Counted from the stretch's first letter, positions 45,585 to 59,210 are shown. The stretch: 64,000 nt of DNA from Eledone cirrhosa (GCA_964016885.1 OZ024755.1:9238001-9302000), one strand, 5' to 3'. Notes: a model not told the origin generated them from the letters alone. Numbers and translations are program-made.

Positions 45585-45652
45585 AGAGTTCAGATGGAGG
45601 GTCTGTGGTTTTTCAGATGTGAGAAAAACCACAGACCGTCCATCTCAACTCT

Positions 45653-45690
45653 ACTTTTGAAAAGCAGAAGAACTGCGAAACCTGTAAAGG
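45653..45690 (+). ncRNA. Hammerhead ribozyme, U3-A8 variant (right arm; stem III loop changed CCGG to CCUG)
   Basis: CUU-UUGAAAA-GCAG(AAGAA)CUGC-GAAA-CCUG-UA/AAG. Confidence 0.65.
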
Positions 45691-45960
45691 AACCAAATAA
45701 ATATATATATTTTTTTTAAAATAAGACTGCAGTTGCATTTTCGATTTCATCTTTTTTTCTATATATATATATATATTTATATTTGATTACTATACCCTCG
45801 TCAATATATATATAAATATATATATATATTGACGAGGGTATAGTATCAAATATAATTTCGCTTGCACACATTACTCACTCAATGAATTATGGAATGAACT
45901 TGTAAGGAACAAATCCTGTCTCAGAATGCTTACCAAATGTATATATATATATATACATTT

Positions 45961-46017
<57 letters not shown>

Positions 46018-46062
46018 CGGCTTAACTTCGATTTATACCTATTATTTATATATATATATATA

Positions 46063-46189
<127 letters not shown>

Positions 46190-46717
46190 GTGCGTGTGTG
46201 TGCGTGTGTGTGTGTGTGTGCGTGTGTGTGTATGTGTGTGCTCAGTAACTATCGAAATTGAAAATCCATTTCTATTGGAAATTATTAAGACATGACTATA
46301 ACTTTTAAATTATTTTTCCATAAATTGTCAGTAGTCAGTCATATGCACATTGTCAAATATTTCTGACAGACTTCCGGGATTAACCAGCATTGTTTAACGG
46401 GGTTAGTAACACACTGTGTCCTATATCAGCTGATAACTAGGATTCGAATTTCGCTAACCTACAATAACTGGAATGTTTAAGTACAATTAGACCGTAAGAC
46501 ATCCTAGACCACTATTAATTAAATTATTGTCACGGTCGGGTGAGTTTAGCGTCATCATACATTTTATGCTTTCTCCAGGGTGTAATTGCTCCTAAAAGTT
46601 TCATGTGTATTTACAATTTTTTAAGTAAGCTGTATCAAAACCTTATTTATTTTAAACATTTCAACCATCGGGGAATATGTCTTGTTTCTTGTATTTCTTC
46701 TCTATGCACACATACAC

Positions 46718-46807
<90 letters not shown>

Positions 46808-46884
46808 ACATGTGTATATATGACTATCTGCAGGCTCACACACACATGAATATATATAACATATATATATATATATATATATAT

Positions 46885-47150
46885 TGTTATACTTGGGGAG
46901 GGTCATATTTGTGTAATATTGCCAGAATTAATAACAGAACACACTCACTGTTTGTTTGGTTTTCGCTTCTGTGTCTTATATATGTTCATATGTCTCATAT
47001 ATGTTCATATGTGTGTATATATGTATATATACATATATAACTGACTAACTGCCTGATGAGGTCATAGCCATTCAATGGCTATCATCGAAATATATATAGC
47101 AGTAAATAAAGGATTATGAGTTCATGCAATTGACCTATGTTTCGTCACTA
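46885..47150 (+). mobile_element. Short Penelope-like insert between (TA)n tracts
   Basis: Unique sequence bounded by TA arrays, carrying a canonical hammerhead followed by AATAAA at 47105-47110. Confidence 0.65.
47048..47103 (+). ncRNA. Type I hammerhead ribozyme, fully canonical core
   Basis: ACUGC-CUGAUGA-GGUCAUAGCCAU(UCA)AUGGCUAUCAUC-GAAA-UAUAUA-UA/GCAGU: perfect 5-bp stem I, long stem II, self-complementary AU stem III, predicted cut after 47098. Confidence 0.88.
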
Positions 47151-48020
47151 TATATTTATATATATATATATATATATGAATGTGTCCGTGAGTTTGTGTA
47201 TATATTTGTAACTCTAATGCAATAGAAATAAACATATTCAGTATACTAACGATAATTTCAAGATCTCACTCTTCAGGCCCTGTTTAACTCCACATGGAAA
47301 AGCTCTTCCATAGAAAGTGTGAATTAATATATTTTTCTTAAATATATTTGTACAATTATGGAAGTAAATGTGAAAAGATACAAATGTTTGAAGCTGAGTT
47401 TTGGTTGTGAATTGTTTTTAAAATGTTCTCTTCTCTATAATGCTTAGGTTACATACTTTAATTTCCAATTTCCTAAAGCTCTACATCTTTCTCGGGTATT
47501 TAATTATGAAGTTTTTCCTTTCAATTCCCTACGTTAGTCTGTTAATTTGTGATGTTCTTCACGATTATGCAAATAAACCCACTGGGCAAATCACGCAATG
47601 TGGAAGAAGTAATAGGTCCTCCCTTTGGAACACAACTCAGATATAATACATAAAATTGACATAGACATGACAGAACGATTATATAATCAAACATATTTTA
47701 GACATATGACTGAAACGAACCCTATAAGTTTGACCAAATACAAGTGGCGAGACGTTTCCTACGTGTTGAAATTCTAATGCGTGAATTCAAAATGTCATTT
47801 TTGATGTTGATGGGTTTACAATCCAGATTTATATAACATTTTCAGATGATTTTAGACTTGGATATTTCACATGATTTGTCATTAAACAGAAACAGATTAT
47901 TTTCTTAGTTTCTTTGACAGTTTCCTTATCTGATGAAACTTAGTGATAAGCAAGATTTTTTGTATCATCTTTAACTTAGCTGTGCTAGTTAATAACTTTT
48001 TTCTCATTATATATATATAT

Positions 48021-48162
<142 letters not shown>

Positions 48163-49881
48163 GCTCACACATTCACGTTTATATGTGTGTGTATATTGTT
48201 TTATATATATATATATATATGTGTGTAGCCTACAATGTTGTGTAAAGAACACGCAATGAAAGTTATATAGGAAGTCGATGGCAACAAAAGAACAGCAAGC
48301 CATGGGGATTTGGTATGTTTGAAATTAAATGGAGAGTAACAGGGGAAATCGTTGACAGGAAACCTAATATACAATAGGATGGGAACTAGATAGATTGCTT
48401 TTATGGGATTTTTGATTTTTCAAAATCTCATGCTGAAGGGCATTATTCAATAGGTAAATTCTCAACCAACGAAAACCTCGACACGGTTTCAATCTCTGGT
48501 TGAAATAAATTATTTTTTAGTAAATATTACAATCGAAGTTGATGTCTTCAAGTCCAGTGAGTCGTCGTCTGCTTTGTGTGTAGAATGGAAGGGACTTTCA
48601 TTGATTTTGACGATGAGTATTCAAGCTGTTCAAAATTAATGTCCAGATGACTGAATCTCCCCACCACCACTACCATATATGTGACCCCCCACCGTAATTC
48701 TCAGGGAGATTCGGTGTGAACAGTATACGACAAGTCTGGCTCGTTGAATTACAGAATTTCTCGTTGAATTTCTGTCTACTGAGTTTCACTCACAAAGTTT
48801 TGATCAGCCCTAGACTGTGGTAAATGACACTTGTTCAAGAGACCACGGCATAACAATTATACTCGGGACCTGCTGATTGCGAAGCAAACTTTTTAACGAT
48901 TCGAGCGTGCTGTTCCTATAGTTTGTGTTTATGGCTGAGGTGTCAGAACCAAAGCAAATCCTATACAGAAAATATTAAACTTTTTCTCGTTTGACTGGCG
49001 CACGTTGATAAAATGTAAAGACAGCCTTAAAAATTATAGATGAGTGTTACCTGAAATTCACTGACACAAAACAGGTAGCTCTATGGAAAATCGTACTTGT
49101 GGAGGGTCTTAGATTTGTTGATTTAGAGAATATATCTTGGAGGTATGCTTGGAGGTATGCTTATCAGAACAAAATCTGGTTCTATGAAACGAAACCACTC
49201 ATTTTGAATGTTCCAATTTAATTTAAAATCTTCCAATAAATTTATATATATGACCCATATGATACGTTATTATCTTAGAAGCAATATCTTCCAACACGAT
49301 TTGTATATAAGATCCATGCATTGAGTACTGAAATAATTAATACAGTTTAGTAAAGCCCGCAAAATTCTCGATTAATTAATTGAATTAGACAGAATTTCAT
49401 TAGAAATACGGCTACATCCTTTGGCAATATTGCGTGATATAAAAGATATATTTAAAATAAAACAGCCTTGAGAAAACAAACCTTTACAAAAATCATCGTG
49501 ATAACAGGTTTAATAAACACAGACCTGCAAACAAATACATGAGCTAGCAGTGTGATTTGAGCAAGAAACAGCATAAGCACTACACGAGATTCATTGCTGA
49601 TATTAAATATGCCACTTTTCTATAGAAATTGACCTACTATCTAGTTATAAGCAAACAATATTTAGTAGTCATTGGGGATGATAACGGTGGTTGATGATGG
49701 GTAACTAATATCTCTTTTGAGAGCTGGCTTCTTATCGGATCTAGTCCCAGTAGGTCAACAAACTTGTCTAATCTACTAATTATGCTACCAACACCCTTTC
49801 TTCCACCCCATTAGCTGTTTTGCTACTTTCTTTTTCAATATTCTTTATTTTATATTTCTATATTTATTTCTACAAATGCAT

Positions 49882-49997
<116 letters not shown>

Positions 49998-50036
49998 CTC
50001 ACACACGTATATACACATATATGTATTAATATATAT

Positions 50037-50084
<48 letters not shown>

Positions 50085-50610
50085 GTATATATATATATAT
50101 ATATATAGGTGTGTATGTATGTGTGTTTGTAGGTTTATAGATGCATACATACGTTATACATATATATGTATGTTAGGCAACTAAAAATTTTGTTTTCGTT
50201 TTATATTGCATTTTGTTAGTTTTTCATTATTTTCTCAACTGCTATACCGCCACGTTGGCTGTCGCTTATCAGTGCCTCCTTCTCTCAGACATTAACATCT
50301 GATAAATACTATCTGCCCCACACCCCGACCCTCGACCCCCGGAAGTATCGGTTGGTTGTCACACATGCGCGTTTAATATCTTAAGTATTATTTGTTAAAC
50401 TGTTTTGTGTTTTGCAGAAAGTCAGATGTATTTTTTGTCTTATCATTTAGTTATTCACACACCATATACACACACATAAATACATACATACACACTCATA
50501 TATACATGTGTGTGTGTGTGTGTGTGTGTATGTGTGTGTGTGTTTGTATACGTAAATACATACATATATACAAAAATATAGATATATATAATTATATATG
50601 TATTTATATA

Positions 50611-50660
<50 letters not shown>

Positions 50661-51017
50661 TATATATATATATTTTATATATATATATACATATATATAA
50701 TTATATATATATATATATACATATATATAATTATATATACATATATATAATTATATATATATATATATAATTATATATATATATAATTATATATATATAT
50801 ATATATAATTATAGTATTAGTTATACTATTTATGGTTATGTAAATACAAAGCCTTAAGCAGTTGTAAGTATTTTACACACACCCTAAATAGTGGTAGGCA
50901 GTAATGTATTACTACCTTATTACCAGTAAGTTAAGTAGCTCAATGTAAAAACATCAGATGATTTACAGAGCAGTTATATGAAATATAAGAATCAAAGAAC
51001 TGTTCAAAACATTATTG

Positions 51018-51064
51018 TGCTTACAGCTGTTTCCTCCAAACCGAGGTTTGGATTCTTCGGAGCA
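51018..51064 (-). ncRNA. Hammerhead ribozyme, U4C core variant (left arm)
   Basis: Mirror of 52447-52493. Confidence 0.65.
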
Positions 51065-52446
51065 ATTTATTAATGCATGGACAGTTATATGACCTCCTTT
51101 TCAGCCGAGAGACATACCAAATACATATTCAAACATTGATACATATTCAAACATTGTGGGTCAACATTCATTACAGAATTTAGAGTGGCAGTACACACTT
51201 CGAGATTACATTTATATTAATAGGTACAATCAAAAATCAAAGATATAGGTTAAAGTACAACATGAAGATAAGTGGTTATATAGTGCAAATGTTATATGTG
51301 TGGCACGCATGTGCGTCTTGTTTATATAGTGTGGCAGAGAGATATGTGTGGTAGAGGCACTTAGGTAGGTAAATAAGAGTGTTAGGTTGGTAGGTCTGGT
51401 GGCAAAGTCTTTATATGATTGATATAGTCTGTGTGTGGAGAAATATTATAAGCATTAAAGATAGTGCAAGCATTAAAAGTGTTATAAGTATTGGAGATGC
51501 ACAGCGCAGGGATGTCAAGTAATTCATGTACTTCGGCATTTTCATGGTCAAGGGAGTGTATATTTCGATTATATGCCTTTCACATAATCCACGACAATCC
51601 AGTAAGAGATCGTAGTCTGGTGTTCTTTAGTTCGATACAGGGGGATGTTACGTTTCGAGAAACGCCATTGAATACCGGAAGTGTGTGTGTGGCTAAGGGG
51701 AGTTAATGCATGCGGGGAGGTAACTCTGGGGTTTCTATATCTAGCCATTGGGACACATTTTAATGACTAGATATAGAAACCCCAGAGTTACCTCCCCGCA
51801 TGCATTAACTCCCCTTAGCCACACACACACTTCCGGTATTCAATGGCGTTTCTCGAAACGTAACATCCCCCTGTATCGAACTAAAGAACACCAGACTACG
51901 ATCTCTTACTGGATTGTCGTGGATTATGTGAAAGGCATATAATCGAAATATACACTCCCTTGACCATGAAAATGCCGAAGTACATGAATTACTTGACATC
52001 CCTGCGCTGTGCATCTCCAATACTTATAACACTTTTAATGCTTGCACTATCTTTAATGCTTATAATATTTCTCCACACACAGACTATATCAATCATATAA
52101 AGACTTTGCCACCAGACCTACCAACCTAACACTCTTATTTACCTACCTAAGTGCCTCTACCACACATATCTCTCTGCCACACTATATAAACAAGACGCAC
52201 ATGCGTGCCACACATATAACATTTGCACTATATAACCACTTATCTTCATGTTGTACTTTAACCTATATCTTTGATTTTTGATTGTACCTATTAATATAAA
52301 TGTAATCTCGAAGTGTGTACTGCCACTCTAAATTCTGTAATGAATGTTGACCCACAATGTTTGAATATGTATCAATGTTTGAATATGTATTTGGTATGTC
52401 TCTCGGCTGAAAAGGAGGTCATATAACTGTCCATGCATTAATAAAT

Positions 52447-52493
52447 TGCTCCGAAGAATCCAAACCTCGGTTTGGAGGAAACAGCTGTAAGCA
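52447..52493 (+). ncRNA. Hammerhead ribozyme, U4C core variant (right arm)
   Basis: UGCU-CCGAAGA-A-UCCAAAC(CUCG)GUUUGGA-G-GAAA-CAGCUG-UA/AGCA; palindromic stem III ACAGCUGU. Confidence 0.65.
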
Positions 52494-52604
52494 CAATAAT
52501 GTTTTGAACAGTTCTTTGATTCTTATATTTCATATATAATTATATATATATACATATATATAATTATATACATATATATATAATTGTATATATATATATA
52601 TAAT

Positions 52605-52637
<33 letters not shown>

Positions 52638-52917
52638 TTATATATATATATTCTCCAGGATGTATATATATATAATTATATACATGTGTGTGTATATATA
52701 TATATATAATCATATGCATGTATATATTTGTGTGAGTGTATAGATGTGTGTATAGATATAGATGTGCGTCTGCTTACATTTTTTGTTTAGTACTTATGCT
52801 CGGGTAATGGTTGCTTAAGATGTGTATAAAGTACTTGGAGCAGTATTTCTAAGAGAAAACAAAAAAATAATAGATTAACTTACTCAAGATTAATAATTCA
52901 TGAAAATCATAACAACT

Positions 52918-53484
52918 GAGTCTACTTTTTGCACCAGGCCAGTAATTTGAAGGGATGGGTAAAGTCGATTAGATTGACCCTGGAGTATTTCTGGTGCTTT
53001 ATTTAATCGATCCTAAAAAGATGAAAGGCAAAACTAACCTCGGCGTGATTTAAACTCAGAACGTAAAGTGCAGTAACTATATGCCGCCACTCTATCGATA
53101 CTGGCGGGATTTGAACTCAGAACGTAAAGGGCAGTAACTATATGCCGCCACTCTATAGATACTGGCGGGATTTGAACTCAGAACGCAAAGGGAAGTAACT
53201 ATATGACGCCACTCTATCGATACTGGTGAAATTTGAACTCAGAACGTAAAGGGCAGTAACTATATGCCGCAACTCGATCGATACTGCCAATCCACCACCC
53301 TCATGAAAATCCTCATAATAATTTATTCTACTTTTGACACAAGGCCAGCAATTACCCAGTGCATTACTGGTACTTTATTTTATCGACCCCGTAAGGATGA
53401 AAAGCAAAGTTAACCTCGGAGGGATTTGAACTCAGAATGGCAAGGGTCGCAACTCTATGCGTCAAAGCATGGTATCCGACCCTC
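52918..53484 (-). mobile_element. SINE family A with four tandem 61-bp head units (53042-53286) plus an adjacent second copy (53322-53484)
   Basis: Units start at 53042, 53103, 53164 and 53225: GGCGGGATTTGAACTCAGAACGTAAAGGGCAGTAACTATATGCCGCCACTCTATCGATACT. Confidence 0.85.
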
Positions 53485-54667
53485 TGGTTTCTGATTTAGG
53501 CACAAAGCCAATAATTTTATGATAATAATAAAATAAAATAGGTGGTATAAGATTATATCTGAGGTTGGTTAGATCGGTGTATTTGATGTTCAGTGTGAAC
53601 TGTTGAAGGTTTATTTTGTAGAGAAACAATCAAACAATGACAGAAGAGAAACAGCAAATTTCAGATCCGAGAAAAGTGCTTAATAGAGAGTCTCAAGATT
53701 TAATGTTTACTTACATTACTGACTAAAGAAAAGATGGGGAGGAGGTGATTATTTCTTGAATGACTGAGGGTTTGGGTGACAATGGATGGGTTGCAAGTCC
53801 AGAAGAAAGATCGTTGAGGTAACTAGAATAAGCACGGGAGATTGCAGTACGTTAAAACACTAGTGCCAAAAAAAAAAAAATAATAAAACAGAAAGATATT
53901 TACAAAGTACTATCAAATATTTACTGTACACATCCACGTAATTAGAAGTCTCACTACTATATACATGTCAATTATTATTATTACTTTGGTTTCAAATATC
54001 AATTTTCAATTATCGAATTAAGTAACTCAGAGAAATTAAAGCAATATACAAAAGTGTAAACAAGAGTTTAGAAACAAAAGAGAAAAAATAAAATAGCTAC
54101 ATGACTTACTAACAAGCTAAATGCCTCCCGCGAAACAAAATAAAATAAAAGACTAGAAAAAGAAAAGTACATAATGACGTCGCAGAAACTCTATCTTATC
54201 TCCATCTACTAATCTTTAGGGCATAGTTTTCATTGGATTCATCCCCTCACCACCGATAGACAGAAGCGGCCGGGCTTGAAAATGGAGTATATCAACAACT
54301 AAAGTTTCTAATGTGATAGGGAAAAAGCTAACACATAATAAATAATAAAAAATAAATGAATGAATAAATGCTATAAAATTGACTTAAGTCGTATGGTTTC
54401 ATCTTTGTTATCAAATTTAATTAGAATTATTATTGAGGCCTCCAGTCGTAACAACTCAATAACTAGTATGGTAAACTACACCCCTGAGAATTGATAAGTA
54501 AGCCCGCCACTTAACAACTAACCACAACTGTAATGATGAAAGTGGCATACAGAAATAATATCGGGAATAATGGCAGCAGCTGGTTTATTTTATTTAAATT
54601 CTAACGAAAGGGACCAGTGCTATAAGAAATATAGCAACAATACATTGGTTACTTTATAAAGACTCAC

Positions 54668-55205
<538 letters not shown>

Positions 55206-55321
55206 CTGTCGAACAAGGGCTCAGCTGTCGGGCCACAATTCTTTCTAATATATATATGTATATATATATTATAAAAATGATAATTAAAAGGACGATTTGT
55301 TATATCTTCATTACGTTTATT

Positions 55322-55412
55322 GAGTAATGACGTCCGTTTCGCTATTGATCAGCTCAAGGTTCGATCTGTATCGATCTAGCCCGACTCTGGAATCAAAAGC
55401 TCGTCGGACCTC
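55322..55412 (-). ncRNA. Hammerhead ribozyme with extended stem II, U4C core
   Basis: GAGGU-CCGACGA-GCUUUUGAU...AUCAAUAGC-GAAA-CGGACG-UC/AUUACUC then AAUAAA; GUC cleavage triplet; 3' end runs toward a TA tract. Confidence 0.6.
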
Positions 55413-55493
55413 TGCTGTGGTAATGACGTTACATTCCCTATTTTATACACTTCTCTATTTTATGGATTTGGGCGAGGGCTTGTTATAAAAATA

Positions 55494-55660
55494 ATTGTTT
55501 CTACTTTAGGCACAAGGCCAGTGCATTACTGGTACTTTATTTTATCGACCCCGCAAGGATGAAAGGCAAAGTAAACCTCGGCGGGATTTGAACTCAGACC
55601 GTAAAGGGACGTAACTATGCTGGAAAGCATGGCGTCCGACCCTCTACCGATACTGCCAAT
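55494..55660 (-). mobile_element. SINE family A, young copy
   Basis: Close match to consensus; AAAAATAAT on both sides is a possible TSD. Confidence 0.88.
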
Positions 55661-57431
55661 AAAAAATAATGCTCTGAAGGTATTTACTATATCACACACA
55701 ATCAGCTTCAGCATTAAATACATGACAAATAATTCTGGTGTTCTAGAATTTTATGAAAGGGTTGTTTACAAGTAATATCTTTTCTTTTATATTCTTTGAT
55801 CTATCAATAATTCTACTTTCATTTATTTTAAGGAATGTAAAGCCTATAGAATTTGGGTTCGCTGTAAAACCTTAAATGCCAAATAACTTGTAACTTGTTT
55901 GTTAATGACATTAAACAATACGGCAATAATATCTTTGGTATTTAGAAACAACTTGAACGAATTACTATTGTGTCTAAGAATATAGGGATGGAATTCGGTC
56001 TAGAATAAAGTGGTGGAATAATTGTAAAATATGTCCCCGATAATTGTATATACATCTCCTAGTTTTCGAGAGACGTGTTTTATAAACATATGAGTTTATC
56101 TTAGATAAAATAATAACTTAATTTGTAACAACTATATTTAGAATATGACATTGTAGTAAGTATAGTTTTCTTCATATACCATAAAAGGACAATAACAGGT
56201 AACATTATCTGAACATAGAGGAAACTATGGTAGAGCTAGAAATATATATTTAGGATTATAGTAAAACTTTCCACGATAACACGATCAACAGCAGCGATAT
56301 TAAAATATATCTGTGAAGATACATACATAATCAAGAGATATGCTGAGAAGTCTTCATAATTAGGTGTTGAATCATCATAAAAGTATCGACATATTCATAG
56401 AAGCACAAATGACTGGCTGGCGAAGAATTCAACATTGAAGTAAATATAGAATGTTCTGTATCAGCCATGAATATCTTCTTGTAAGGGAAAGAAATACAAT
56501 GTAGCAACAATCTACATCACTGTATTTTTCTGGGTACTTATCGACCCCGTTTGGATAAACGAGCTTCAAGATTTTGAGGCCTTACAACAACGAACTGTTA
56601 AATAACTAAATTTATATCTGCACGTATACAGTATAGTTGTATTCGAAATATTTACATGCATGAATACATCTTGTTTAGACATTAAAAGTACCAACTTTAT
56701 GTATTCCCCCGTAAATTGAAAAAAGATTTGATAAATTTATATAAATCGTACCTTTTGGGGGATTCTCATCCGCAGCTATATATATTATCTAAATAACCCG
56801 AAGGAAATACGAAGCTAAGGATTATATACCCTATCTGTTATAGTAGTATCACTGAAATAGCTATACTAATTTGCATATTGGATTCACAACTATGTTGCGA
56901 CGTCACTGGCGCCAAGCTGTATCGACTTTTGCCTTTCTCTTCGACGACATCGGAGGCGTGAAGAGTGGGGACTGGTATACATAGGCGACTCTAGTCTTCC
57001 ACAATAGCACATGCATGGGCTTGAACATCGGAGGAGGAACATTCTTGGTGCAAAACCCATGGTCATTCGTGATCCTTTACCCTTTATATATATAAATATA
57101 GTAGCTGAGTATTTATCCCAGTGACCCGATGACCGAGCCTTAATGCTTGAAAAATAAATTATTAAACTGTTAAAATTCTCAAATTTTCATACGTTTATAT
57201 AGGGAGGAATTAAGTGAGAAAAAAAAACAGGCAAAAATTAAAATGAAAAAAACAGGGAGGGGCACATTCAGTGTAAGAAACGTATAACCAGAATAAGATA
57301 AAAGCAAATTAGGCATATACACGCATACATAAACCTACACACATTTACTCATGTGTTAGAGAGAGTAAGGTAGTGGCAGGTCTTGAAATCAAGTAGCAGC
57401 CATCATGTATATGTATGTATGCGTATGTATG

Positions 57432-57470
<39 letters not shown>

Positions 57471-57472
57471 AT

Positions 57473-57593
<121 letters not shown>

Positions 57594-58474
57594 ATCCACT
57601 CTGCATCTCCCCATGCATTGAGTACTTCCATGATTTGTGGTCTCTCCACTCTCAGTCTCCCCGCTCTTAACACCGCAGAGTTTCCCATTGATATCATTCT
57701 GACAAAGCACGTCACCATTGTAGTGAGAGCTATTTATAAAACACACTGTAGTTGAAACTATTTATTAAACAGACATTGAGAATGTGGAGGACACAAATCA
57801 ATGTAGGAGTGCAATAATGAATCATATTAATACGAGTTGATATATGATGGGGGACACAATGTTATTTTATGTAAAGTTACAGACCACCACAGACGTAGGG
57901 ATGAGCTCCTAATATTGGAACCACTATCACCACCACCTCTTTTGCCGATACTACAATATACAGCTGTTACCGCCAACGCTTTACAAATGCCTTTGTCAAA
58001 GCGGGTGGCTCTGTTCATGTCAGAGTAAAAATACTGTCAAAATACTAGAAAAGTGATAAAGCGAAGACGAAAGCGAGAAAGACTTATAAACGCATCATTC
58101 CTTTTCCTTAACCCTTGGGTAACCGTATCTCTAATTAAATGCATTCTATTTCAATTTATCCATTAAGTTGTTTGAGGGATTTATAAAAATTATTGAGTAT
58201 TTCATTACTAAAATAATATCTTGACATTGTTCTTATAAAAAAATGATGTTGGAAGATTTTAATTTAAATAGGAACTTTTTTAAGAGGGCGATTTTGTTCC
58301 ATAGAACGAGAACCGGTTTTGGCTCGGTTAGTATCAACAGCCTATGCTAGTTACAATTGAAAGCATCCAAAGAGAAGTTCTTGAAATATTACCAAATATT
58401 CCTTCAGGTTAGGGCCGCTGGAGAACAGGAGTAAAATATTGGGTAAGAAATGCGAGAGATTAATAGAAGTAAAT

Positions 58475-58990
58475 TATTGTTTCTAAGTTAGACACATTGA
58501 ATCGTCCCCAGTACTTGACTGGTATTTCATTTTAGCGACTCCAAAAGTTTGAAAAAATTAACCTCAGCTGGATTTGAACTCAGAATGTCATGAGTCGAAA
58601 CAAATACCGCAAAGCATTTTGTCAGAAGCTCTAACGTTTTTACCAATCCGCCGACCTAACAGAAAGAAATAATTGTTTCTACTTTTGGCACAAGGCCATC
58701 AATTATCGCAGTGCATTACTGGTACTTTATTTTATCGACCCTGTAAGGATGAAAGGCACAGTTAACCTCGGCAGGATTTGAACTCAGATCAATGATTTCT
58801 AATTTGAATGGGATGGGAAAGTCGATTAAATGGATCACATTGTATTACTGGTATTTTATTTTATCGATCCGGTAAGGATGAAAATCAAAGCTACCTTCGG
58901 CAAGATTTGAACTCAGAACGTAAAGAGCCGTAACTATATGCCGCAAAGCATGTTGTCGAACACTCTACTGAACTGCCATTCTACTGCCCT
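58475..58990 (-). mobile_element. Cluster of three same-strand SINE family A copies
   Basis: Three successive ACTGGTAYTT...GATTTGAACTCAGA segments. Confidence 0.8.
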
Positions 58991-59178
58991 TCTAATCATA
59001 AACAGAAAAGATTCGCTCCAAGTCAGATATTTTCCCATATTTGTCACTACCACTGTACGGCCACCATTACATCCTATTACAAAATCCTGTACACGCATTC
59101 AGCCCTGAAACAAAAACAAAACAAAGAAACAAAACCAAATCCGGCTTTATCATCAACAACATCATCATCATCACCACT

Positions 59179-59210
<32 letters not shown>

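Larger units (their letters stand above)
45429..45760. mobile_element. Palindromic Penelope-like insert (family B): arms 45475-45614 and 45623-45760, extra 3' tail 45429-45474
   Basis: Inverted arms with about 5 substitutions; 8-nt spacer AGATGTGA derived from the element itself (compare 11465-11475); TA arrays on both sides. Confidence 0.85.
50813..52536. mobile_element. Large palindromic Penelope-like insert: arms 50975-51744 and 51767-52536 (770 bp each), 22-nt spacer, extra tail 50813-50974
   Basis: Arms are reverse complements with no mismatch in spot checks (identical mirrored ORFs 51491-51706 + and 51805-52020 -); outward hammerheads; weak GIY-YIG C-terminal echoes IQWRFSKRNIPLY and DCRGLCERHII. 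Confidence 0.85.

Noticed and set aside
47925-47970. CTGATGA followed by a CTTA/TAAG hairpin as a hammerhead
   Set aside because: No GAAA or NUH after the stem; at best a heavily decayed relic.
51491-52020. Two identical 71-aa ORFs on opposite strands
   Set aside because: A consequence of the palindrome; no recognisable protein, and they are antisense to the inferred element strand.
53042-53286. CRISPR-like periodic repeats (also 5139-5417 and 34515-34735)
   Set aside because: Whole units repeat with no unique spacers, there are no cas genes, and the context is eukaryotic.
57890-58030. LILEPL...SFADTTIYS as a CR1/L2 RT relic
   Set aside because: Only faint motif echoes in different frames; not enough to call without a profile search.
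58108-58340. piggyBac-like MITE starting TTAACCCTT, with a related segment near 49160-49240
   Set aside because: Dispersed-repeat similarity is visible, but the right TIR and TTAA duplication could not be identified.
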